From: Firmicutes bacterium CAG:110
GTDB lineage: Bacteria; Bacillota; Clostridia; Oscillospirales; Oscillospiraceae
Length of the DNA stretch: 45,600 bases
Reading direction: 5' to 3'
Assembly: GCA_000434635.1 (NCBI GenBank)
Contig: HF988135.1
Location: 26,448 to 72,047, forward strand
A program made the position numbers and the translations under genes. Positions 28,806 through 35,932 of the stretch are shown one piece after another; position 1 is the first letter of the stretch; each line of letters starts with the position of its first letter. The notes beneath the pieces were generated by a model that did no database searches, was not told the DNA's origin, and saw only the letters and a list, made by a program, of their open reading frames with translations.

Positions 28806-29681
28806 TCAGGTTTTCTCCGTTTCCAGAATGGACTGCTCCAGCGTTTTTACGCAGTAATCCCGGCTGTACCGGCTCAGCGCAAAATCATAGCACAGGCTGC
28901 CAAAGGCCTTGTCCACCGCAGGCGAAAAAAACCGCAGCAGCTTCAGCGCCCAGGTAAAGCCCTTCACCATCAGGATGCCCTTTCCGTTGGCGTGGGCAAT
29001 CCAGTTGACCATGTCGCTGGTGTTGGTGTATTCGTTGTTCTGGGGGCAGAATATGCCCGCCGCCTCGTCGTCAATGAGCAGCCGGACAAATTCCGTCAGA
29101 TTCTCAATATACAGCATGGAACGCTGGTTGGAAACGTAAGGAAAAACCGGCAATTTTTTCGCCAGCTTCGCCATGGTCACGTAATTGCCCTTGCAGCCCT
29201 TGCCGTAGATCATGGGCGGGCGGAGAATTGCGACCTTGAAGCTGTCGTCCGCCAACGCCTGCAAATCCGCTTCCGCTCTGGCTTTGCTGACGCCGTAGTT
29301 GTCCGCAGGATGCAGCGGCGTGTTCTTCGTGATGACGACCGTTTTGCCGATGGGCGCAGTCAGGCCGTAAACGCTCTCCGAGCTCATAAACAGGAACTGA
29401 CCCACACCGTCGGCCTTGGCTTTTTCGGCAGTCCGCACCGCGAGAATGTGGTTGACCTGATCGTACAGGCCAGAGCTAGCCGGGTCGTTTTTGCTGTCCG
29501 GCTGATGCACCAGCCCCGCTACGTGGAACAACGCGTCGTAGCCGCGGAAAGAGTGGCTCTCCCAATCGGTGCCGCGCATATCCAGCGAATCCACCCGGTA
29601 GTTTTCCGGCCACTTCCCCAGATAGTTTTCCAGAGAAACCCCGATATAGCTTCCGGCGCCGGTGATGAGAATGTTCTTCAT
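28806..29681 (-). CDS. NAD-dependent epimerase/reductase (extended SDR, CapN/WbpV-like)
   Basis: TGAGSYIG, SSESVYG, YGVSK and RPPMIYG motifs. Confidence 0.88.
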   Translation of the reverse strand: MKNILITGAGSYIGVSLENYLGKWPENYRVDSLDMRGTDWESHSFRGYDALFHVAGLVHQPDSKNDPASSGLYDQVNHILAVRTAEKAKADGVGQFLFMSSESVYGLTAPIGKTVVITKNTPLHPADNYGVSKARAEADLQALADDSFKVAILRPPMIYGKGCKGNYVTMAKLAKKLPVFPYVSNQRSMLYIENLTEFVRLLIDDEAAGIFCPQNNEYTNTSDMVNWIAHANGKGILMVKGFTWALKLLRFFSPAVDKAFGSLCYDFALSRYSRDYCVKTLEQSILETEKT

Positions 29682-30292
29682 TCTTTCTTCTCCTTTTCCA
29701 GCTGGCCGGTGCCGCCTTCCACCACGCCGTCATGCTTCAGCACGGAAACGATGGTGCCGAAAAAGCATTTGCAGTCAAAGAGGAAGCTCAGTTTTTCCAC
29801 ATATTCCCCGTCGAACCGGGCCTTTACCTCAATGGGCAGTTCGTCCCGCCCGTTGATCTGCGCCCAGCCCGTCAGGCCGGGGCGCACGTCGTTGGCGCCG
29901 TATTTGTCCCGCTCGGCAATCAGGTCAAACTGATTCCACAGGGCAGGCCGGGGGCCGATGATGGACATTTTCCCCGTGAAAATCTGAAAGATCTGGGGCA
30001 GCTCGTCCAGGGATGACTTCCGCAGAAATTTCCCCACCTTCGTGATATACTGCTCCGGGTTTTCCAGCAGATGGGTGGGGGTGTCCTTGGGGGTGTCCAT
30101 TTTCATGGTGCGGAATTTCATGATGGAAAAATGGGTCTTGTGAATGCCTACCCGCTTCTGGCGGAACAGCACCGGGCCGGGGTCGTCGATCTTGATGGCG
30201 ACGGCAATGATCAGCAGCAGCGGCGACAATATCACGATGGCGCAGCCGGACAGGATAATATCCAGCAGGCGTTTGAAAAACGTTCGGTACAT
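29678..30292 (-). CDS. Initiating phosphoglycosyl transferase (bacterial sugar transferase)
   Basis: KRLLDI, KFRTM, SLDELPQ, MSIIGPRP and RPGLTGWAQINGR motifs. Confidence 0.93.
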   Translation of the reverse strand: MYRTFFKRLLDIILSGCAIVILSPLLLIIAVAIKIDDPGPVLFRQKRVGIHKTHFSIMKFRTMKMDTPKDTPTHLLENPEQYITKVGKFLRKSSLDELPQIFQIFTGKMSIIGPRPALWNQFDLIAERDKYGANDVRPGLTGWAQINGRDELPIEVKARFDGEYVEKLSFLFDCKCFFGTIVSVLKHDGVVEGGTGQLEKEKKE

Positions 30293-30325
30293 TCCGCTTT
30301 CCTCATTTTCTCTTATTTCGTTTGG

Positions 30326-32203
30326 TCAGACCTTACACTCGCGTTTGTAAGTAGGCACGATCTCCGCGACGATGTCCTTGATATCTTCGCTTTCCGCCCG
30401 GCTGGCTTCGTCCAGCCGCTTCAGCTGCTGCTCCAGCAGCGCGTCGTCCATTTCGATGGGCTTGCCGATGTGAATGAGCTTGTTGGCAGTCTCCTGCATT
30501 CCTTCTTCCTTCATCAGCAGCTCCTCATAGAGCTTCTCGCCCGGTCTGAGACCGGTGTACTCAATCTTGATGTCCACATCCGGTTCGTAGCCGGACAGAC
30601 GGATCATGTTCCGCGCCATGGTGTCGATCTTCACCGGCTCGCCCATGTCCAAAATGAAAATCTCGCCGCCCTTGGCATAGTATCCCGCCTGCAGCACCAG
30701 ACTCACCGCCTCGGGGATGGTCATAAAATACCGGATGATGTCGGGATGGGTGACGGTCACGGGGCCGCCGGCCTCGATCTGCTTCTTAAAAAGCGGGATG
30801 ACGCTGCCGTTGCTGCCCAGAACATTACCGAAGCGCACCGCCACGAATTCCGTTTTGGACTCCCGGTTCATCATCTGTATCACCATCTCGCACAGACGCT
30901 TGGACGCACCCATGATGTTGGTGGGGTTGACGGCCTTGTCGGTGGATATCTGCACAAACCGCTTGACGCCGTACTCCGCGGCGGCCTTCGCCAGCTTGTA
31001 GGTGCCGATGACGTTGTTCTTGATGGCCTCGTTGGGGCTTTCCTCCATCAGCGGAACGTGCTTATGGGCCGCAGCGTGGAACACAAGCTCCGGCCGGTAA
31101 GTTTCCATCACATGGTTCAGCCGGACGGCGTCACGGACAGAGCCGATGATGACCTCCAGATTCAGTTCCGGATGGGTGCGGCGCAGCTCCATTTGAATAT
31201 CATAGGCATTATTTTCGTAAATATCCAGAATAATAAGCTGCTTCGGCTTCGCATGGGCGATCTGACGGCACAGCTCGCTGCCGATGCTCCCGCCGCCGCC
31301 GGTGACCAGCACCACCTTGCCGGAAATATAGCCCACAATTTCATCCAAATTGACCTTGATGGGTTCCCGGCCCAGCAGGTCCTGGGGATCGACCTTGCGC
31401 AGCTTGCTGACGCTGACCTCTCCGTTGACCATCTGGAAAATGCCGGGAAGCATCTGTACCTCGCAGCCGGTGGTGGCACAGATGTCCAGAATTTCCTTCC
31501 GGGACTTTGCGGTACAGTTGGGAATGGCGAAGATGATCTTGCTGATCTTGTATTTTTTCACAGCCGTGGCAATGTCCTGACGGCCGCCCACAATGGGAAC
31601 GCCGCACAGCTGCTTGTTCCATTTCACCGGGTTGTCGTCAATGACGCAGGACAGGTGATCCTGAATATGGTCGCTGTTGGTAAATTCCACAGCCAGCGCC
31701 CGTCCGGCGTCGCCCGCGCCGATCAGCATGACGTTTTTCACGCCGTTGGCATGGGTGATGTGGCTGATGCGCCGCTGCGCCGTCCGGAGCAGCCGGTAGG
31801 AGAACCGGATGGCCACGGTGCTGACGAAGCTGAACAGGAAGCCCACCACCATGCTGGAACGGGGCATCAGATTGCCGTCAAAGTGGAATACCAGCACGCC
31901 GATCACGCCCAGCACCACATATGCACCAGTAATGCGGAACACCTCCGGCGTACTGACAAAGGCCCAGATGGAGTTGTACAGCCGGAAAATCCAGAATACC
32001 AGAAGCGTGATCACGCACCATAGGCCGATGGCGGACAGGAAGCCCTCCATATGGACGGGGCGAATTTCGGCAAAGGAAAAATCATACCGGAACCACAGCC
32101 CCAGAAAGAAGGAGACGACAGTAGCAAGCACGTCCAGCATCATAATAAAAATGACCTTCGGCGCCATGCCCAGATTCAGTTTCATCGGCTTTCGGGAACC
32201 CAT
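30326..32203 (-). CDS. capD: Membrane-anchored UDP-GlcNAc 4,6-dehydratase (CapD/WbpM/PglF family)
   Basis: Four N-terminal TM helices, then IGAGDAG, DLLGR, TGGGGSIGSELCRQ, HAAAHKHVP and STDKAVNP. Start revised to ATG 32203 so that it lies downstream of the promoter; exact start uncertain. Confidence 0.92.
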   Translation of the reverse strand: MGSRKPMKLNLGMAPKVIFIMMLDVLATVVSFFLGLWFRYDFSFAEIRPVHMEGFLSAIGLWCVITLLVFWIFRLYNSIWAFVSTPEVFRITGAYVVLGVIGVLVFHFDGNLMPRSSMVVGFLFSFVSTVAIRFSYRLLRTAQRRISHITHANGVKNVMLIGAGDAGRALAVEFTNSDHIQDHLSCVIDDNPVKWNKQLCGVPIVGGRQDIATAVKKYKISKIIFAIPNCTAKSRKEILDICATTGCEVQMLPGIFQMVNGEVSVSKLRKVDPQDLLGREPIKVNLDEIVGYISGKVVLVTGGGGSIGSELCRQIAHAKPKQLIILDIYENNAYDIQMELRRTHPELNLEVIIGSVRDAVRLNHVMETYRPELVFHAAAHKHVPLMEESPNEAIKNNVIGTYKLAKAAAEYGVKRFVQISTDKAVNPTNIMGASKRLCEMVIQMMNRESKTEFVAVRFGNVLGSNGSVIPLFKKQIEAGGPVTVTHPDIIRYFMTIPEAVSLVLQAGYYAKGGEIFILDMGEPVKIDTMARNMIRLSGYEPDVDIKIEYTGLRPGEKLYEELLMKEEGMQETANKLIHIGKPIEMDDALLEQQLKRLDEASRAESEDIKDIVAEIVPTYKRECKV

Positions 32204-32275
32204 TTTGTTCACATCCTGTATTTCACCGCGGGCAGTTGTCCGCGGGTACTTTGTTTTGTCTGCATAGTTCATTTT

Positions 32276-32304
32276 ATTATAACACAATATGTCGAATACA
32301 GCAA
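32276..32304 (-). promoter_or_regulatory. Sigma-A-type promoter with extended -10 for the upstream polysaccharide unit
   Basis: Minus strand reads TTGCTG-17 bp-TATAAT, with TGn immediately before the -10. Confidence 0.75.
32290..32296 (+). promoter_or_regulatory. Putative Spo0A box (TGTCGAA) inside the promoter spacer
   Basis: Exact TGNCGAA match between the -35 and -10 hexamers. Confidence 0.5.
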
Positions 32305-32430
32305 GGGAAAGTTTTGCCGTTACAACATCTCCAGAGGACCATTTTTGCATGCATAGAAAAATGGCGCAACCATAATAGGCAGGGCGCATCAAACAATTAT
32401 CAGGCGCAGTGGGATCATGAACTGCATCTC

Positions 32431-32713
32431 TTGCCTCTCCCTTTGGGAGAGGTGGCTGATACTAGTTTTCAATAAAACGGTTAAAAACCGTTTTATTCGG
32501 CTGCTGTTTCAGCAGCCAGCGGCGTAGCCGCAAAAAACGTAAGTCCATACATTTCTCGCCGCCGCCGGCGGCCTGCGAAGGATTCGCAGGATAAAATGGT
32601 GTTAACCATTTTATCGAGAAATCGTATGAGCGAAGCGAAGACGGAGAGGGTAAGCAAGTCTGCAAGGCCCTCTCAGTCACCTGCGGTGACAGCTCTCCCA
32701 GAGGGAGAGCCAA
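32431..32713. repeat. Inverted pair of REP-like palindromic repeats; the left copy is interrupted by the 167-bp element
   Basis: Left copy with the insert removed reads TTGCCTCTCCCTTTGGGAGAGGTGGCTGAGCGAAGCGAAGACGGAGAGGG. The reverse complement of 32668-32713 reads TTGGCTCTCCCTCTGGGAGAGCTGTCACCGCAGGTGACTGAGAGGG. Confidence 0.8.
32460..32626 (+). mobile_element. 167-bp structured MITE-like element, copy 2
   Basis: TAC...GTA ends flanked by TGA direct repeats (32457-32459 and 32627-32629). About 40 bp imperfect terminal inverted repeats and six hairpins. Removing it plus one TGA restores the REP-like repeat. Confidence 0.82.
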
Positions 32714-32749
32714 GGGGCCGTACCTCGTTAATAGCATGTTTGCACAAGA

Positions 32750-32781
32750 AATGGAGCGTATCTGCACCGATACGCTCCATT
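32750..32781 (-). terminator. Hairpin, probable terminator downstream of rnc
   Basis: Perfect 13-bp stem AATGGAGCGTATC / GATACGCTCCATT with a 6-nt loop; the minus strand ends TTTCTTGT. Confidence 0.65.
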
Positions 32782-32886
32782 CGCTATTTTACGATTACCC
32801 ATCAAACCGGCAAGGGAGGTTTCTTAGGGTCTATCTGAAAACCGTCAACACGCCCAAACAGTGAAAGACCGCGTCGTTTCGACATT

Positions 32887-33573
32887 TTACGCTTTGTCCG
32901 GGAAAAGGTTCTCGATGGCACAGCGGGCGGCGTCCTGCTCTGCCCTTTTTTTGCTGCTGCCGACGCCCTTGCCCACGATCGTGCCGTTGAGGGAGACCTC
33001 CACGGAAAACTGCTTGTCGTGGTCAGGGCCGGACTGCCCCACCAGCTCATAAGCCAGCACCTGATTTTTCTTCTGCTGCACCAGTTCCTGCAGCTCGGTC
33101 TTGTAGTCCGCGTTGTGCAGCTTGGTCACCGGCACCTCCACCAGAATGAACGTCCTGACCACCTGCAGCGCCGCGTCCAGTCCGCCGTCCAGAAAGCACG
33201 CGGCGATCACCGACTCCATGGCGTCCGCCAAAATGGAGTCCCGGCTCCGTCCGCCGCCCTGCTCCTCACCGTGGCCAAGGAGCAGATGGTTCCCAAGGCC
33301 GATGCGGTTGGCAGCACCCGCCAAGGTAGTCTCGCAGACCATGTCCGCCCGCATCCGGGTCAGCTCGCCCTCCGGGCGGTTGGGAAAATTGCGGTAGAGA
33401 TACTCCGCCACCAGCATTCCCAGCACGCTGTCCCCCAGAAATTCCAGCCGCTCGTTGCTGAGCAGGCTGTTGTGCCAGCGCTCGTTTGCGTAGGAGGAAT
33501 GGGTCAGCGCATTCTGCAAAAGGGAAATATTCCGGAACCGGTAGCCGATGACGGCCTCCAAGTCCTTAATCAT
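32887..33573 (-). CDS. rnc: Ribonuclease III
   Basis: ALTHSSY, NERLEFLGDSVL and a C-terminal dsRBD (YKTELQE...GSSKKRAEQDAA). Confidence 0.97.
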   Translation of the reverse strand: MIKDLEAVIGYRFRNISLLQNALTHSSYANERWHNSLLSNERLEFLGDSVLGMLVAEYLYRNFPNRPEGELTRMRADMVCETTLAGAANRIGLGNHLLLGHGEEQGGGRSRDSILADAMESVIAACFLDGGLDAALQVVRTFILVEVPVTKLHNADYKTELQELVQQKKNQVLAYELVGQSGPDHDKQFSVEVSLNGTIVGKGVGSSKKRAEQDAARCAIENLFPDKA

Positions 33574-34618
33574 GCTCCGTCACCTTCTCTTTTTCAGCAG
33601 CCAGCCGCTGTAAATTCTCTTCCAGCTCCCCGGTAATGTCCGACGCGGCCACATCTGCCGCCTGCTTTACCGCGTTGCGGAACGCCAGCACGTCGGAAGC
33701 GCCGTGGGCCTTGATGACCGGCTTGCGGATGCCAAGGAACGGCGTGCCGCCAATCTCCCGGTAGTCCAGCATCTTCATCAGGTCTTTGACCCCGGAGGCG
33801 CACAGAAGATAGCCCAGCTTGCTGAGCAGGTTTTTCTTGAACATTCTCTTCATCAGGCTGCCCATGAACATGGCAGTGCCCTCGATGGTTTTGAGAAGCA
33901 CGTTGCCGTTGAAGCCGTCGCAGACCACAACGTCCACCGCGCCCAAAGGCACGTCCCGGGCTTCCACATTGCCGACAAAGTTGGCAAGCCCCTTCTCCCC
34001 CGCGTCTTTCAGCAGCGCGTAGGCTTCCTTCTGCAAAGCGGTACCCTTACTGTCCTCGGTGCCGATGTTCAGAAGGCCGACTTTGGGATTCTCGATGCCC
34101 AGCTGCTTCTTCGCGTAGACAGAGCCGACCAGACCGAATTGCAGCAGGAATTCCGGCGTACACTCGGCATTCGCACCGCAGTCCACGATCACGGTCTTTC
34201 CCCCTGCCTTGTTGGGCATGGCGGGGCCCATGGCGGCACGGCGGATTCCCTTGACCCGCTTGACCAGCAGCGTCGCGCCGGTGAGCAGTGCGCCGGTGGA
34301 ACCGGCGGAGACGAAGGCGTCGCCCAGCCCGTCCGCCAGCATCTTCAGGCCGATCACCATGGAAGAATTCTTCCGCTTGTGGATGATGGATGCGGGATCG
34401 TCATGCATGTCCACCACATCGTCGGCATTGGAGATTTCCATGCCTTCCGGCAGGTTGTCAATGCCGTGCTTCTTGAGGACCGCAAGGATATCCTCTCCCC
34501 GGCCTACCAGCACGATCTCGATACCGTAGGTCTTTGCCGCTTCCACAGCGCCTAAAACGGGAGCCTCGGGGGCATTGTCGCCGCCCATCGCGTCAAGAAT
34601 GATCTTCAACCGTTTCAC
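33566..34618 (-). CDS. plsX: Phosphate acyltransferase
   Basis: DAMGGDNAP, SAGSTGA, LLNIGTE and KAHG motifs; GTG start. Confidence 0.96.
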   Translation of the reverse strand: MKRLKIILDAMGGDNAPEAPVLGAVEAAKTYGIEIVLVGRGEDILAVLKKHGIDNLPEGMEISNADDVVDMHDDPASIIHKRKNSSMVIGLKMLADGLGDAFVSAGSTGALLTGATLLVKRVKGIRRAAMGPAMPNKAGGKTVIVDCGANAECTPEFLLQFGLVGSVYAKKQLGIENPKVGLLNIGTEDSKGTALQKEAYALLKDAGEKGLANFVGNVEARDVPLGAVDVVVCDGFNGNVLLKTIEGTAMFMGSLMKRMFKKNLLSKLGYLLCASGVKDLMKMLDYREIGGTPFLGIRKPVIKAHGASDVLAFRNAVKQAADVAASDITGELEENLQRLAAEKEKVTEHD

Positions 34619-34627
34619 CTCTTTCTT

Positions 34628-35932
34628 TCAGATACCCTTCGCCACCAGCCTATCGATCACGTCCAGCGACCGCGCGGCAATGGCGAGATTTTTTTCTGCC
34701 TTCTTACGGATGCGCTTTTCCAGCGGTGCGATGATGCTGAAATTGATATTCATGGGCTGGAAATTCTCAATGCTTTCGTCGCTGACGTACCGCCCCAGCG
34801 CGCCGATGGCGGTCTCCTTGGGGAAGTCGGGCAGCTCCCGTCCCTGTACCTTCGCCGCCATGGCCACCGCCGCCAGATACCCGGAGGCCGTGGATTCCAC
34901 GTACCCCTCCACGCCGGTCATCTGCCCGGCAAAAGCCACCAGCGGGTTTCGGCGGTCTGCGTAATACTTATCCAGCAGCTTGGGGCTTTGCAGGAAGGTA
35001 TTCTGGTGCATCACACCGTAGCGGACAAATTCCGCGTTTTCCAGACCGGGTATCATGGAGAATACCCGCTTCTGCTCGCCGAATTTCAGGTGGGTCTGGA
35101 AGCCCACCAGATTGTACACGCTTTTTGCCGCGTTGTCCTGCCGCAGCTGCACCACGGCGTAAGGCTCATGGCCGGTGGCAGGATTTCTCAGCCCCACGGG
35201 CTTCATGGGGCCGTAGCGCAGGGTATCCACGCCTCGCCGCGCCATGACCTCCACGGGCATACAGCCCTCAAAGACGTTCTTGTCCTCAAAGCCATGCACC
35301 GGGGCTTCCTCGGCGTTTACCAACTCCCGGACGAAGGCTTCGTACTGCTCTTTGTTCATGGCGCAGTTGATGTAATCGGGCGTCCCCCGGTCGTACCGGG
35401 ACTGCCACCACGCGAGATTCATGTCGATGGACTCCGCCGAAACCAGCGGCGCCGCTGCGTCAAAAAAGTGCAGATACCCGGTCTCCCCGAAGTAATGCCC
35501 GATGGCCTCGCTCAAAGCATCGGAAGTCAGCGGCCCTGTAGCCACGATCACCGGCCCCTCGGGGACTTCGGTGATTTCTTCGGAAATCACCGTGATATTG
35601 GGGTGATTCCGGATTTTCTCCGTAACCATCCGGGAAAAGCCGCCCCGGTCTACAGCCAGACAGCCGCCCGCCTCCACCCGGGTAGCATCGGCGCAGGTGA
35701 GGATCAGGCTGCCGCAGCGGCGCAGCTCCTCCTTGAGAAGCCCCACGGCGTTTTCCAGCCGGTCGCCCCGCAGGGAATTGGAGCAGACAAGCTCGGCAAA
35801 ATCCTCGCTGTGGTGGGCGGGGGTCATCTTTTTGGGCTTCATTTCGTAAAGCGCCACTTCGATGCCCCGGTTTGCCAGCTGCCATGCCGCTTCGCTTCCG
35901 GCCAGCCCCGCGCCGATGACTTTTACCTTCAT
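34628..35932 (-). CDS. trmFO: Folate/FAD-dependent tRNA (uracil-54) methyltransferase
   Basis: [27 protein letters not shown] and [12 protein letters not shown] motifs; follows topA. Confidence 0.96.
   Translation of the reverse strand: MKVKVIGAGLAGSEAAWQLANRGIEVALYEMKPKKMTPAHHSEDFAELVCSNSLRGDRLENAVGLLKEELRRCGSLILTCADATRVEAGGCLAVDRGGFSRMVTEKIRNHPNITVISEEITEVPEGPVIVATGPLTSDALSEAIGHYFGETGYLHFFDAAAPLVSAESIDMNLAWWQSRYDRGTPDYINCAMNKEQYEAFVRELVNAEEAPVHGFEDKNVFEGCMPVEVMARRGVDTLRYGPMKPVGLRNPATGHEPYAVVQLRQDNAAKSVYNLVGFQTHLKFGEQKRVFSMIPGLENAEFVRYGVMHQNTFLQSPKLLDKYYADRRNPLVAFAGQMTGVEGYVESTASGYLAAVAMAAKVQGRELPDFPKETAIGALGRYVSDESIENFQPMNINFSIIAPLEKRIRKKAEKNLAIAARSLDVIDRLVAKGI

Noticed and set aside
30071..32023. 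650-aa plus-strand ORF
   Set aside because: Antisense shadow of capD and the initiating transferase gene.
32204..32392. N-terminal extension of capD in the ORF track (similar extensions on several other ORFs)
   Set aside because: The extension overlaps the predicted promoter. Shorter starts with an RBS or stop-start overlap fit better.
32431..32713. CRISPR array or tRNA
   Set aside because: The repeats are inverted rather than direct with spacers, no cas genes are present, and no tRNA cloverleaf or T-loop motif was found.
32236..32838. Short ORFs of 79, 101 and 80 aa in the capD-rnc intergenic region
   Set aside because: They run through the promoter, REP-like repeats and the 167-bp element, and look like translated palindromes.
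32878..32884. Third Spo0A-like heptamer (TTCGACA) just after the rnc stop
   Set aside because: It is not associated with a recognisable promoter, and a 7-mer is expected a few times by chance in 45 kb.
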